Assembly: GCA_030583685.1 (NCBI GenBank)
Contig: CP129470.1
Location: 745,292-809,291, forward strand
DNA length: 64,000 bases
Direction: 5' to 3'
Source of the DNA: Candidatus Dojkabacteria bacterium
Lineage (GTDB): Bacteria; Patescibacteriota; Dojkabacteria; GCA-002793355
Below, piece by piece: positions 55,510 to 64,000 of this stretch. The first letter of the stretch is position 1; the number at the start of each line of letters is the position of its first letter. A model generated the notes under the pieces. The model had not been told where the DNA came from. It saw only the letters and a program-made list of their open reading frames with translations, and made no database searches. The translations under genes were made by a program, and so were the position numbers.

Positions 55510-56427
55510 TTATTTTATGTATCGTTTTGTCGCGTAGTAAGCGCAGACATAGCCGATAGCTGTACCTGCAACCAGTTCTATTACTCCAAAGGTAACAAAG
55601 AGGAGAGAAGGATAGAACAATGCTTGCATTCCAATATCTGACATTAAGCCATAAATATACTCAAAGAGAATATTATTTTTCAGGACAACATTTGCTATTG
55701 CCCAGAGCGTTGTAATTGATGCGAAAGAAATAAAAGCTGCGACCGCACCATAAACACTACCTTGTAGAATAAAGGGCAAGGCAATAACCTTCGGGTCAGC
55801 CCCCACCAAATCCATAATTTCTATTTCTTGTGCAAAGCGGTTTATGGTAAAACTGATGGTCAGGTAGACAAGCACGATGGAGATAATGAAAAGAAATGCC
55901 GTAACAACAATGCTACTGATGGTTACAGTGTTGCTGAATTGCCGTATCTTTTCGACGATGTCTTGGAAAAAGACAGTATCAAGGATGAGTGCGCCTTTAT
56001 TCTTTTCATCTTCGACCGTTTGAACAAATGGTTTAAAGTCAACACCAGGTTGCAATTGTACGCGTAAAATTCGAATTTGATTGGCATCAAAGGTGAATTC
56101 GCCTTGACGATCGGGGGAAATGCCAATGCTGGTAAGATATTGCTTTTGAATATCCGCAGAAGTTGAGTAGGAAACAGAAAGCACGCCCTCCTTTTTTTCG
56201 AGTTGATTCTTGAAGGTAATAATATTTTCTTCTTTTTCCTTGGGGTCATAAAAAATTGAGAGTGTCGGCTGACTTTGTAGATAATCGACTGCTCGTGCAG
56301 CAAATTGATTTACTACGAAGAAAATGGTGCCGAGGGAAAATGTAACCGTAATAATGACAATACTTGCCAACGAAAGCCCTGGGTTCCGCTTGATGTATTT
56401 CATTGTCGTACTCCAAACAAGGTTCAT
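55510..56427 (-). CDS. ftsX: cell division permease FtsX
   Basis: 305 aa; TM1, large extracellular loop, three C-terminal TM helices; adjacent to ftsE. Confidence 0.75.
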   Translation of the reverse strand: MNLVWSTTMKYIKRNPGLSLASIVIITVTFSLGTIFFVVNQFAARAVDYLQSQPTLSIFYDPKEKEENIITFKNQLEKKEGVLSVSYSTSADIQKQYLTSIGISPDRQGEFTFDANQIRILRVQLQPGVDFKPFVQTVEDEKNKGALILDTVFFQDIVEKIRQFSNTVTISSIVVTAFLFIISIVLVYLTISFTINRFAQEIEIMDLVGADPKVIALPFILQGSVYGAVAAFISFASITTLWAIANVVLKNNILFEYIYGLMSDIGMQALFYPSLLFVTFGVIELVAGTAIGYVCAYYATKRYIK

Positions 56428-56429
56428 GA

Positions 56430-57299
56430 TTATGCGAGTTTCTTTAGGTTATCTGTAAGTAAGGTAATTTCCTTATCGGTAAACTTGAGTTCTTCTCTGA
56501 AAAAACTTGGCGTAAGGGAGAGTAATTCTGAAATATCTTCGGGATTTAATGCCTCAAGTTTGTTCATAATTTCATCTGGAAGGAGTTTTGCCAATTTCTG
56601 CATAAACGTTTGTTTCTTTGAGCTCTTGCCTGGTTTTCCTTGGTTAAGTTCACCTGCATCAAGATGCCAATGAGAGTGAGGAAATCTTTCTACTAAATCG
56701 AGGTTGTGGGTTGTCATCATGACACTCGTCCCGGCCTTGTTAATTTTTGACAGTAATTCCATAATATTATTGGAATTGTCAGGGTCTAAATCTCCTGTTG
56801 GTTCATCAGCAATGAGTAATTTCGGATTGTTTGCGATTGCTCGAGCGATGACTACTCGTCTTTTTTCTCCACCGGAAAGTTGTTTTGGAAATAATTCTTT
56901 TTTGTCTGCTAATCCAACGTAGTCGAGTAAATATTCAACGGTCTGCTTAACTTCTTGAGGTGTTTTGTTGAGAATTTCTAATACAAACGCGACGTTCTCG
57001 TAAACATTCTTATGCTCAAGCAACTTGTAATCTTGAAAGACGACTCCTACCGTTCTTCGATATGAAGGAACAAGTTGTCGTGGTAGCTTTTCGATGGGAA
57101 CCGTTTCGAAAACAATGCTCCCCTTTGTTGGCAATTCTTGCCGAATCAGCAGTTTGATGAGGGTTGTTTTACCTGATCCTGAAGCACCGGTGAGGAATAC
57201 GAATTCACCACGGTCTAGCGTAAACGAAACATTTTTGAGTACAGGGAGAACAGCACCTCCGAGTTGATAAAATTTTGATAGTTTTGATACAAGGAGCAT
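56430..57299 (-). CDS. ftsE: cell division ATP-binding protein FtsE with C-terminal extension
   Basis: Walker A GASGSGKTT, ABC signature LSGGEKRR, Walker B LLIADEPTGDLD; extra about 60 aa C-terminal tail. Confidence 0.85.
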   Translation of the reverse strand: MLLVSKLSKFYQLGGAVLPVLKNVSFTLDRGEFVFLTGASGSGKTTLIKLLIRQELPTKGSIVFETVPIEKLPRQLVPSYRRTVGVVFQDYKLLEHKNVYENVAFVLEILNKTPQEVKQTVEYLLDYVGLADKKELFPKQLSGGEKRRVVIARAIANNPKLLIADEPTGDLDPDNSNNIMELLSKINKAGTSVMMTTHNLDLVERFPHSHWHLDAGELNQGKPGKSSKKQTFMQKLAKLLPDEIMNKLEALNPEDISELLSLTPSFFREELKFTDKEITLLTDNLKKLA

Positions 57300-57323
57300 G
57301 TCTCATTGTAACATATTGCGCTG

Positions 57324-58250
57324 TTAGCGTGAGAGAACAAGGATTTCTCGCCACAAAAAGGGCAGTAAATCTCCTTTTAGTACCTTTTCGACGTGAGAGG
57401 TCTTAAATCCAATTCGAGAATCCTTAATATAGTTTAAGGCGAGATCGTATGTTCGAATTACGGATTCAAGCGACTTTGCCTTATATGTCGCCAATTCCTT
57501 TTCTTGTCGTTCCTCTTCTTGTTTGAGAAGGAGTGCAGCGATCATTTGTATGGCATTCTGTTTGTTTTGCAGCTGACTTCTCGTCTGGCTGCTTTTGACT
57601 GAGATTCCTGTTGGAATATGTTTGACAATGACTGCTGTTTCGACTTTGTTGACGTTCTGACCTCCAGGACCACTGGATCGTCCTGTTTTAATCTCGAGAT
57701 CACTCTCTTTAATGGTTGTATCTCGTGGTGTTGCAAGTGGATGTATCTGAACTAAGCAGTTGGATGTCTGTAATTTTCCTTTTGCATTGAAAGGGGATTT
57801 TCGTTCAAGCCGGTGTGAGCCTTCTTCGTGTCTGAACGAAAGGTATGCATAGGGAGAAGGAACAGAAAGCATAGCGTGGGTGATACCCGCTGTAGGATCT
57901 GGCTCGTACTCAAGAACTTCATAAGAGAGTGATAATTTTTTGAAACTTTCAAGGTATGTCGTGAATAGCATACTCGTCCAATCTTGAGCATCTAAACCGC
58001 CTTGCCCAACGCGCAAATCAATAATGCATCCTCTCGAATCGAAGGAATCTGCGTGAGCTTCAAGAGCATGCGGGAGTTGTGATTGTGTCTCGGTAAGTAC
58101 CTCGTGAAGGAGCGTTTGGTCTGTTTGTGCCATTTCCCAAAGTTCTTGTAAGGAACTCCCCTCTGGAGTATTCCAAAATGACGATTGTAGCGAGAATAAT
58201 TCAGAAAGATCTTTTTCAGTTAGTTGTGAATAGATGTTGTGAAGTACCAT
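57324..58250 (-). CDS. prfB: peptide chain release factor 2 (no programmed frameshift)
   Basis: SPF tripeptide (RKSPFNAKG) and GGQ (SGPGGQNVNK); 308 aa contiguous ORF. Confidence 0.85.
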   Translation of the reverse strand: MVLHNIYSQLTEKDLSELFSLQSSFWNTPEGSSLQELWEMAQTDQTLLHEVLTETQSQLPHALEAHADSFDSRGCIIDLRVGQGGLDAQDWTSMLFTTYLESFKKLSLSYEVLEYEPDPTAGITHAMLSVPSPYAYLSFRHEEGSHRLERKSPFNAKGKLQTSNCLVQIHPLATPRDTTIKESDLEIKTGRSSGPGGQNVNKVETAVIVKHIPTGISVKSSQTRSQLQNKQNAIQMIAALLLKQEEERQEKELATYKAKSLESVIRTYDLALNYIKDSRIGFKTSHVEKVLKGDLLPFLWREILVLSR

Positions 58251-58273
58251 AAGTAAGGTATAATGATTTCAGC

Positions 58274-59854
58274 ATGAAGCCCCTATTGCTTATTATAATG
58301 GATGGATTGGGTATTGGCAAAGAGTATGCCGGTAATGCAGTTCTCCATGCAAAAACACCAACGCTTGACCGTTTATGGACTCGAGCTGATCGCAAATTAT
58401 TGTTAGGGGCATCAGGTCCTGACGTTGGATTGCCCGCAGGTGTTCCCGGAAATAGTGAAGTTGGCCATCTGAATCTTGGGGCTGGAACCGTCGTTTACCA
58501 AATGATTTCTACGATTAATGACTCCATTGTTGACGGCTCGTTTTTTCAAAGTGAAGTACTCCTCCGAATGGTTAAAGATGTTACTCAAAATCGTCGAACA
58601 CTTCACATATTCGGGTTATTAACTGCATCAGGAGTGCATGCAGACGTTCGGCATTTATTTGCATTGCTTGAATTTTGCAAGATGAACCAGGTTGACCCAG
58701 TATTACATATCATTACGGATGGACGTGATACTCCACGATTTGAGGCTCGATTTTATCTGAAAAAATTACGAGAAAAAATGTTTCAACTTGGAATAAAACG
58801 AATTGGGAGTGTTATCGGCAGGTTTTATGCTATGGACAGAAATAACGCATGGGATCGAACAAAACTTGCGTATGAGGCGCTTCTTGGAAGGAATGGACTA
58901 AAAGAGCGCGAACCTGAGGTCGCGCTCGAACACGCTTATGCAAGGCAAGAGGATGATGAAACGGTTACTCCTACGATTATTGTCAATGAGCAGGGGGCAC
59001 CTGTTGGGCCAATTACAGAAAATGATGTTGTTCTCTTTTATAATTTTCGTGAAGATCGGGCTCGACAAATCACAAAGGCATTTGTACAAAAGGAGTTCTC
59101 TGAGTTTGAGAGACCCTTTGTGACAGAACGATTCATAACGATGTCGGGATATGAAGAAGGATTACCGGTTGATGTACTTTTTGAATCAACAGAGAATTAT
59201 GAACCAATTTCTGACACCTTGGCGAAAGCAGGGCGCAGACAATTTCACATTGCCGAGACAGAAAAATATGCCCATGTAACCTATTTTTTCAATGGAGGTC
59301 GTGAAGCTCCCACAACAGGAGAAGAGTTTCATATCATTCAATCGCCAAAGGTGAGAGATTATTCAACAGTTCCTGAGATGTCTGCCTATCAGGTTACTGA
59401 TGTCTTATTACAACGAATTCGTCAGAAAAAAGATGATTTTTATCTTTTGAATCTTGCAAATCCCGATATGGTGGGACACAGCGGCAAGCTCTTGCAAACC
59501 GCACGGGCAGTTGAAGTTACCGATAGATGTATCTATTTTCTTGTCAAGGAGATGTTGTCGCAAGGTGGTCAGGTAATCATTACTGCAGATCATGGCAATG
59601 CCGAACAGAAAATTAATCCAATTTCTGGTGAGCCTGATAAAAACCATACGTTAAATCTCGTTCCGTTTATGCATATTACGAATCCTGATGTGTTGGAAGA
59701 TGGCAAATGGCAAGATGTACTTGCTTTGAAAAGACTGGTGTTTGAAGCAAATGAGATGGAGAAGAACGGTATTCTATCTGATATTCCGGCAACGGTTTTG
59801 TCGCTGTTAGAGGTACACGGAGCACCAAGCATGACGGGGCAGATGTTGGTATAA
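58274..59854 (+). CDS. gpmI: 2,3-bisphosphoglycerate-independent phosphoglycerate mutase
   Basis: MKPLLLIIMDGLGIG..., alkaline-phosphatase-like core with DHGNAE; 526 aa. Confidence 0.85.
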   Translation: MKPLLLIIMDGLGIGKEYAGNAVLHAKTPTLDRLWTRADRKLLLGASGPDVGLPAGVPGNSEVGHLNLGAGTVVYQMISTINDSIVDGSFFQSEVLLRMVKDVTQNRRTLHIFGLLTASGVHADVRHLFALLEFCKMNQVDPVLHIITDGRDTPRFEARFYLKKLREKMFQLGIKRIGSVIGRFYAMDRNNAWDRTKLAYEALLGRNGLKEREPEVALEHAYARQEDDETVTPTIIVNEQGAPVGPITENDVVLFYNFREDRARQITKAFVQKEFSEFERPFVTERFITMSGYEEGLPVDVLFESTENYEPISDTLAKAGRRQFHIAETEKYAHVTYFFNGGREAPTTGEEFHIIQSPKVRDYSTVPEMSAYQVTDVLLQRIRQKKDDFYLLNLANPDMVGHSGKLLQTARAVEVTDRCIYFLVKEMLSQGGQVIITADHGNAEQKINPISGEPDKNHTLNLVPFMHITNPDVLEDGKWQDVLALKRLVFEANEMEKNGILSDIPATVLSLLEVHGAPSMTGQMLV

Positions 59855-59860
59855 TACCAA

Positions 59861-60628
59861 GTGAGTGAATTAGATCTTAGTTTCGTTAATACTCCACCAG
59901 ACGAAACGTACGTGCACAGTCATGTATCAAACCTTCGATATCTTGGTTTCAAATTTACTGTACATTCGGTAGTGAAGCCTTCCGACAATTGTATTGTCGA
60001 GGAATGGAGAGCAGAAGAAACTCCTGGAGTTCGTGCCGTAAAATTTTCACTTGAAAAAGAATATTTACCGAACGATCGTCTCCCTTTCACTCTTATAAAA
60101 ACGCATGTTGAGGATGCTGGTAAAAGGAATGGTGTTACTTGGAGACAGTGTGAGATTTTTGAAACTCGAGGACTAGAGAGAAAATTCCAGTGCAATAGTG
60201 AATTGCATATTCATGCAGCATTTTATCAAGGGCGCAGCGTCGTTGTGAAGTCAGAGGTACAAGTAGATGTTTCAGGAAATCATGTTGCTTTGGGAATCGA
60301 AATTGACGGATTGAATTATCCAATCATTATAAATACCTTTCCTACACTGACACGAGGCAATTACTCCTCTGCTCTTCGTGACTATTATAGATTAGATGAT
60401 GAGTTGCATAAATTTTGTGACGAGGAAAGAATGACATACCAGCTTTATAGAACTGATACTGAATTGACTTTGTTTTTATACCCTTCAGGAGAGCAGGGGC
60501 TTGCAATTACGTTACAACTGCCACAAATTCGGTATATAAAGAACATGTTCTTTTCTCATCTTAGGAAGTACTCATACGATGGTCGCGAGTTGTTGTTATT
60601 CGCGCCAACAATCGAAACCGTTTCGTGA
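59861..60628 (+). CDS. hypothetical protein
   Basis: 255 aa soluble ORF, no motif recognised. Confidence 0.4.
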   Translation: MSELDLSFVNTPPDETYVHSHVSNLRYLGFKFTVHSVVKPSDNCIVEEWRAEETPGVRAVKFSLEKEYLPNDRLPFTLIKTHVEDAGKRNGVTWRQCEIFETRGLERKFQCNSELHIHAAFYQGRSVVVKSEVQVDVSGNHVALGIEIDGLNYPIIINTFPTLTRGNYSSALRDYYRLDDELHKFCDEERMTYQLYRTDTELTLFLYPSGEQGLAITLQLPQIRYIKNMFFSHLRKYSYDGRELLLFAPTIETVS

Positions 60629-60647
60629 AGGTGTTACAATCCTCTCG

Positions 60648-61889
60648 ATGTCAAAAATTTCCCTTTTTATTACGAAATACTGGCAACCAATCACCTTGAT
60701 TTTATTGGCAATCACCTCAAAGTTTGTTGGATTTCTTCGCAATGCATTCATCGCATACTACTTTGGTACCAGTCCTGAATCAGATCTCCTTGGATTACTC
60801 CTGCTTCCAACAGATTTCGTCACGGCATACCTCATCAATCAAACAATAATTACGTCATTGACCATATTTTTCGGAAGAAGCTCGGAAGGTAAACGAGATA
60901 TATTCTTGAGAACGTTTCATTTTTATCGTGTCATACTGATTCTCGCTTCGGTAATTTTAGGAGTCGTGATGGTGACTGCGTATCCTCACATCCCCTGGTA
61001 TTATTCAGTACTTGCTGCGACTCCCGGTGTTTTTTACGGAATGGCAGGAATCATTCAAAGTTATTTGAATTACAATAGAGTTTTTTTGTGGCCAGGTGCT
61101 CAGGAATTGATTGCCCATGTGTTTCTTCTTGTTGGTGTTGTCATTGCATGGAAATACGGAATCTTCTGGTACGTTGTGGTGATGTTGGGAACTGGAATTT
61201 TGAGAGTTGGAATACTGCTGCCCGATTTGAGGAAATTTTTGAAAGGTAAACAATGGGTTCGCGAACTTTTTGCTTTTCAAAAAGTTCGCTTCGAACCAAA
61301 GCTCCTTTGGTACATTTCCCCAATTGTGTTGACGTTTATCTTGTCGGGAATTCCCAATTTTGTCATTTTAAGTAAACTATTTTCCGCTGGCGAGGGATAT
61401 ATCGCAGCTCATAACTATGCAAATAAAATAATTGGACTCTTTAACCCAATTGTGGTTATTCCTTTGACTACCTATTTGATTCCCACAATGCAGCGATGGA
61501 TCGAAGAGAAAAAATCTATTACCACCGTTAATACGGCCGTTTTCTTGCTTATTGGCGGGTTATCTCTCGTTTCTGCTGTGGTGCTGGTAGTGGCTCCAAA
61601 TTTTATCATCTCGCTCATTTATGCTCGAGGAAGCTTCGCCACTGACTCTACAGAACTCACCGGGAATTTTTTGAGATTTCAGGCATTTGCGATGGTTGGA
61701 TATGCCTTGATGTATTACTTACTGCAATTAACACTCTTGCAAGGAAATATGAGAAAACTTATTCTTTCCTTTGTAGTGGGAACGCTTGTGATTCTTTTCC
61801 TTCTTGCAATTCTTCCTTTTGCACCGTACATTTCTGTTGGAATTTCATTAACTATTGGGGTTATGGTAAGTGTTCTTATGTTACTCTAG
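60648..61889 (+). CDS. murJ: putative lipid II flippase MurJ/MviN-like (short)
   Basis: VGFLRNAFIAYYFGTSPESDLLGLLLLPTDFV matches conserved MurJ TM1-2 region; about 12 TM helices; start set at Met 60648. Confidence 0.5.
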   Translation: MSKISLFITKYWQPITLILLAITSKFVGFLRNAFIAYYFGTSPESDLLGLLLLPTDFVTAYLINQTIITSLTIFFGRSSEGKRDIFLRTFHFYRVILILASVILGVVMVTAYPHIPWYYSVLAATPGVFYGMAGIIQSYLNYNRVFLWPGAQELIAHVFLLVGVVIAWKYGIFWYVVVMLGTGILRVGILLPDLRKFLKGKQWVRELFAFQKVRFEPKLLWYISPIVLTFILSGIPNFVILSKLFSAGEGYIAAHNYANKIIGLFNPIVVIPLTTYLIPTMQRWIEEKKSITTVNTAVFLLIGGLSLVSAVVLVVAPNFIISLIYARGSFATDSTELTGNFLRFQAFAMVGYALMYYLLQLTLLQGNMRKLILSFVVGTLVILFLLAILPFAPYISVGISLTIGVMVSVLMLL

Positions 61890-61895
61890 AGCTAT

Positions 61896-62585
61896 ATGCA
61901 GGTACTCATCGTAGAAGATGACGAAGAACTCGCAGACGCGTTAGCAACCTACCTTTCAGCAAGAGGTCTATCGACAACATACGTTACCACTTGTGCGCAA
62001 CTTTTGTCGTCCTCTTACGAGGAAGCAACGACTCTCTTGTTGGATTTGTATTTACCCGATGGTGATGCAATTGAGCTTATTCCAAAACTTTTGACAACAG
62101 CGCCTGCGTGCAAGATTATTGTAATGACGGGGAGAGATTCGCTTCCGCGTCGATTGCGAATATTTCGAGAAGGAGCAGTGGATTACATACAAAAACCAGT
62201 ATTTCCTGCAGAAATATACGAGCGAATTGTAAGGTTTGAGAGATATACACAACACGACCGCCTGCCTTCCTTCTTTTATCCAGGATTATCTCGAGAGGAA
62301 ACGAGTGTGTTGCAAATTCTCCTGCATTCAGAAGGATCTCCTGTTTCGTCAGACGTGTTCCTTGAAGAAGCGGTACACTCAAAATCTGCCTTGTATACGG
62401 TACTCTCAAGGCTGAAAGCCAAGGTAGAAGCAACATATATCATTACGTGTGCGTATGGCAGGGGATGGTATATAAGAAAAAGAGTTGAAGCGACAATGCA
62501 GAGCAAAACAGTTAATCAATGCGTACCGAAGAATTCTGAGCAGAATAGGGGACGCCATCGGCGGCTTTGCGAAAAATTGCGTTAG
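61896..62585 (+). CDS. two-component response regulator (REC domain plus OmpR-like winged-helix)
   Basis: MQVLIVEDDEELAD...LLLDLYLPDGDAIEL...IIVMTGR (phospho-acceptor Asp region) and C-terminal wHTH; no adjacent histidine kinase. Confidence 0.6.
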   Translation: MQVLIVEDDEELADALATYLSARGLSTTYVTTCAQLLSSSYEEATTLLLDLYLPDGDAIELIPKLLTTAPACKIIVMTGRDSLPRRLRIFREGAVDYIQKPVFPAEIYERIVRFERYTQHDRLPSFFYPGLSREETSVLQILLHSEGSPVSSDVFLEEAVHSKSALYTVLSRLKAKVEATYIITCAYGRGWYIRKRVEATMQSKTVNQCVPKNSEQNRGRHRRLCEKLR

Positions 62586-62602
62586 GGATTATAATTCCAG
62601 GA

Positions 62603-62911
62603 ATGGAAGAAACACCGATTGATGGCAAAACAATTGAACATATTGCTGAGCTTGCGATGATTTCGTTGACGGAAGAGGAGAAACTTCGATACCAGAAGCA
62701 AATCCCGTCAATTCTTGCATATGTTAAAAAAATTGCTGAAGTTGAGACGGCTGAAGATTCATACTACAAGCAAACAGACAATGAAAATATTATGTTTGAT
62801 GATGTCGTTGAGCCTTCCCTCTCTCAGGAACAGGTTATGAGTAATCGAGAAGCTTCTTCAGATCGAGGATATATTTCACTTGTTGGTGTATTCGAAGCAT
62901 CGGAGGGGTAA
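62603..62911 (+). CDS. gatC: Asp-tRNA(Asn)/Glu-tRNA(Gln) amidotransferase subunit C
   Basis: IEHIAELAMISLTEEEKLRYQKQIPSILAYV typical GatC; immediately upstream of gatA. Confidence 0.8.
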   Translation: MEETPIDGKTIEHIAELAMISLTEEEKLRYQKQIPSILAYVKKIAEVETAEDSYYKQTDNENIMFDDVVEPSLSQEQVMSNREASSDRGYISLVGVFEASEG

Positions 62912-62913
62912 CT

Positions 62914-64000
62914 ATGAGTAACACGCTTGATTTAGTAAAATTAACAGTAGCCGATGCGGCAAAAATGCTTGATTCAAAACAAATTTCTGCAACAGAATTG
63001 ACGCAGGAAAGCCTTCGTTGTATCAAAGCTCGAGAGCCGGAGATTAACGCATTTATTTCGGTAACAGAAGAAATCGCGCTTACACGAAGTAAGCACGTTG
63101 ATGCTGACAGAGCAACAGGGAAGGCGCTCTCTGCGTTGGCGGGTATCCCTTATTCACTCAAGGATGTTTATAATGTAGTTGGGACAAAGACAACGGCAGG
63201 CTCAAAAATTCTCGAGTCATATACCTCAGTGTACGATGCCACTGTTGAGCGCAAGTTACAGGAAGCGCAAGGAGTTCTTATTGGTAAAACAAACTGCGAT
63301 AGTTTTGGGTTCGGTTCGACGGGAGAACATTCTGCATTTGGTCCAACAAAGAATCCTATCAATACAACGCTAGTACCGGGAGGTTCGAGTTCTGGCTCAG
63401 GAGCAGCAGTCGCGTACGGTGGGGGGTTATATTCAATTGGGGAAGATACTGGTGGCTCGATTCGTTGTCCGGCAGCATTTTGTAATATTGTTGGGCTCAA
63501 GCCGACGTATGGGCGAGTATCTCGGTATGGCGCAATTGCCTATGCAAGTTCCTATGATTCTATTGGTCCAATGACGAAATCTGTGCAAGACGCTGCAATT
63601 GTTTTGCAGCATATTGCAGGAAAAGATCCTTACGATGCAACAACTGGTGAGAGTGCAGTTCCGGAGTACACTGCATACCTTGAAAATTCTTTACATGGAA
63701 AGAAAATTGGCCTTCCTAAAGAGTATTTTGTCGACGGTCTGGATCCTCTTGTTCGCCAAAAAATTATGCAGGCAGTTGAGGTGTATACCTCGCTGGGTGC
63801 AGAAATAATTGAAATATCTCTTCCAAATACAGAACATGCAATTGCGGCATATTATATTGTTGGCATCAGCGAGGCTAGTTCAAATCTTGGAAGAATGGAT
63901 GGTATTCGGTTTGGAACGGAAGTTGAAGGGAAGAATTGGAGTGAAAAAATTAAGAACGCACGAGGAATTGGTTTTAATGATGAGGCAAAACGAAGAATTA
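62914..64000 (+). CDS. gatA: Glu-tRNA(Gln) amidotransferase subunit A (partial, runs off window end)
   Basis: Manual translation from ATG 62914: amidase signature GGSSSGSGAAVAYGG and EDTGGSIRCPAAFCNIVGLKPTYGRVSRYG; no stop before 64000. Confidence 0.85.
   Translation, partial: MSNTLDLVKLTVADAAKMLDSKQISATELTQESLRCIKAREPEINAFISVTEEIALTRSKHVDADRATGKALSALAGIPYSLKDVYNVVGTKTTAGSKILESYTSVYDATVERKLQEAQGVLIGKTNCDSFGFGSTGEHSAFGPTKNPINTTLVPGGSSSGSGAAVAYGGGLYSIGEDTGGSIRCPAAFCNIVGLKPTYGRVSRYGAIAYASSYDSIGPMTKSVQDAAIVLQHIAGKDPYDATTGESAVPEYTAYLENSLHGKKIGLPKEYFVDGLDPLVRQKIMQAVEVYTSLGAEIIEISLPNTEHAIAAYYIVGISEASSNLGRMDGIRFGTEVEGKNWSEKIKNARGIGFNDEAKRRI

Noticed and set aside
63168-63500. 110-aa minus-strand ORF
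   Set aside because: Antisense to gatA (amidase signature clearly in + frame)
1-64000. Alternative genetic code (UGA recoding as in some candidate phyla)
   Set aside because: TGA functions as stop in well-conserved genes (e.g. infA ends TGA overlapping rpmJ ATG; many ORFs terminate appropriately), so the standard code fits
1-64000. CRISPR arrays or intact mobile elements (integrase or transposase)
   Set aside because: No regularly spaced direct repeats and no integrase or transposase-like ORFs were found by reading the translations

Overview
This is a low-GC (about 40%) bacterial chromosomal window, densely packed with short genes and small intergenic spaces. The standard genetic code applies: TGA is used as a stop, for example at the end of infA where it overlaps the rpmJ ATG. 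The gene content and style resemble a small-genome, Patescibacteria/CPR-like bacterium: a compact RNase P RNA, short EF-Ts, no pyrH between tsf and frr, indirect Gln-tRNA synthesis, and large Cys-rich surface proteins. That taxonomic guess is inference only. Housekeeping core: greA, the infA-rpmJ-rpsM-rpsK-rpsD-rpoA-rplQ and rplM-rpsI ribosomal operons, rnpB, queA, gpmA, a long class II ribonucleotide reductase (nrdJ), recA-recJ, gltX followed by tRNA-Gln, dprA-topA-radC, rpsB-tsf-frr-rseP, a putative T-box leader before proS, rpsU-ybeY-pth-hpf, an envC-like M23 peptidase with ftsX-ftsE-prfB, gpmI, a murJ-like flippase, a response regulator, and gatC-gatA (gatA is partial at the window end). 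Five tRNAs were found by eye: Glu, Asn, Lys, Pro and Gln. Accessory content sits mainly at 16.2-28.7 kb. The most notable item is a two-gene operon encoding a processive GT2 beta-glycan synthase (QRRRW motif) followed by a membrane-anchored GH18 chitinase-like protein with two CBM5/12 chitin-binding modules. Downstream lie two SDRs, a nucleotidyltransferase/DinB-like cassette, VOC and PNPOx-like enzymes, and three tRNA genes. A 23-nt direct duplication of the tRNA-Lys 3' end resembles an att-site scar. A PQQ sugar dehydrogenase gene is broken by three frameshifts and a HAD hydrolase is split by one. An atypical CsoR/CstR-like repressor (Cys-Glu-Cys) with a palindromic operator sits upstream of thioredoxin. 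A second accessory block at 29.4-35.6 kb encodes large secreted or membrane proteins, one with a very Cys-rich N-terminal domain. No CRISPR array, integrase or transposase was seen. All calls rest on reading the translations and motifs by eye; no database searches were run.
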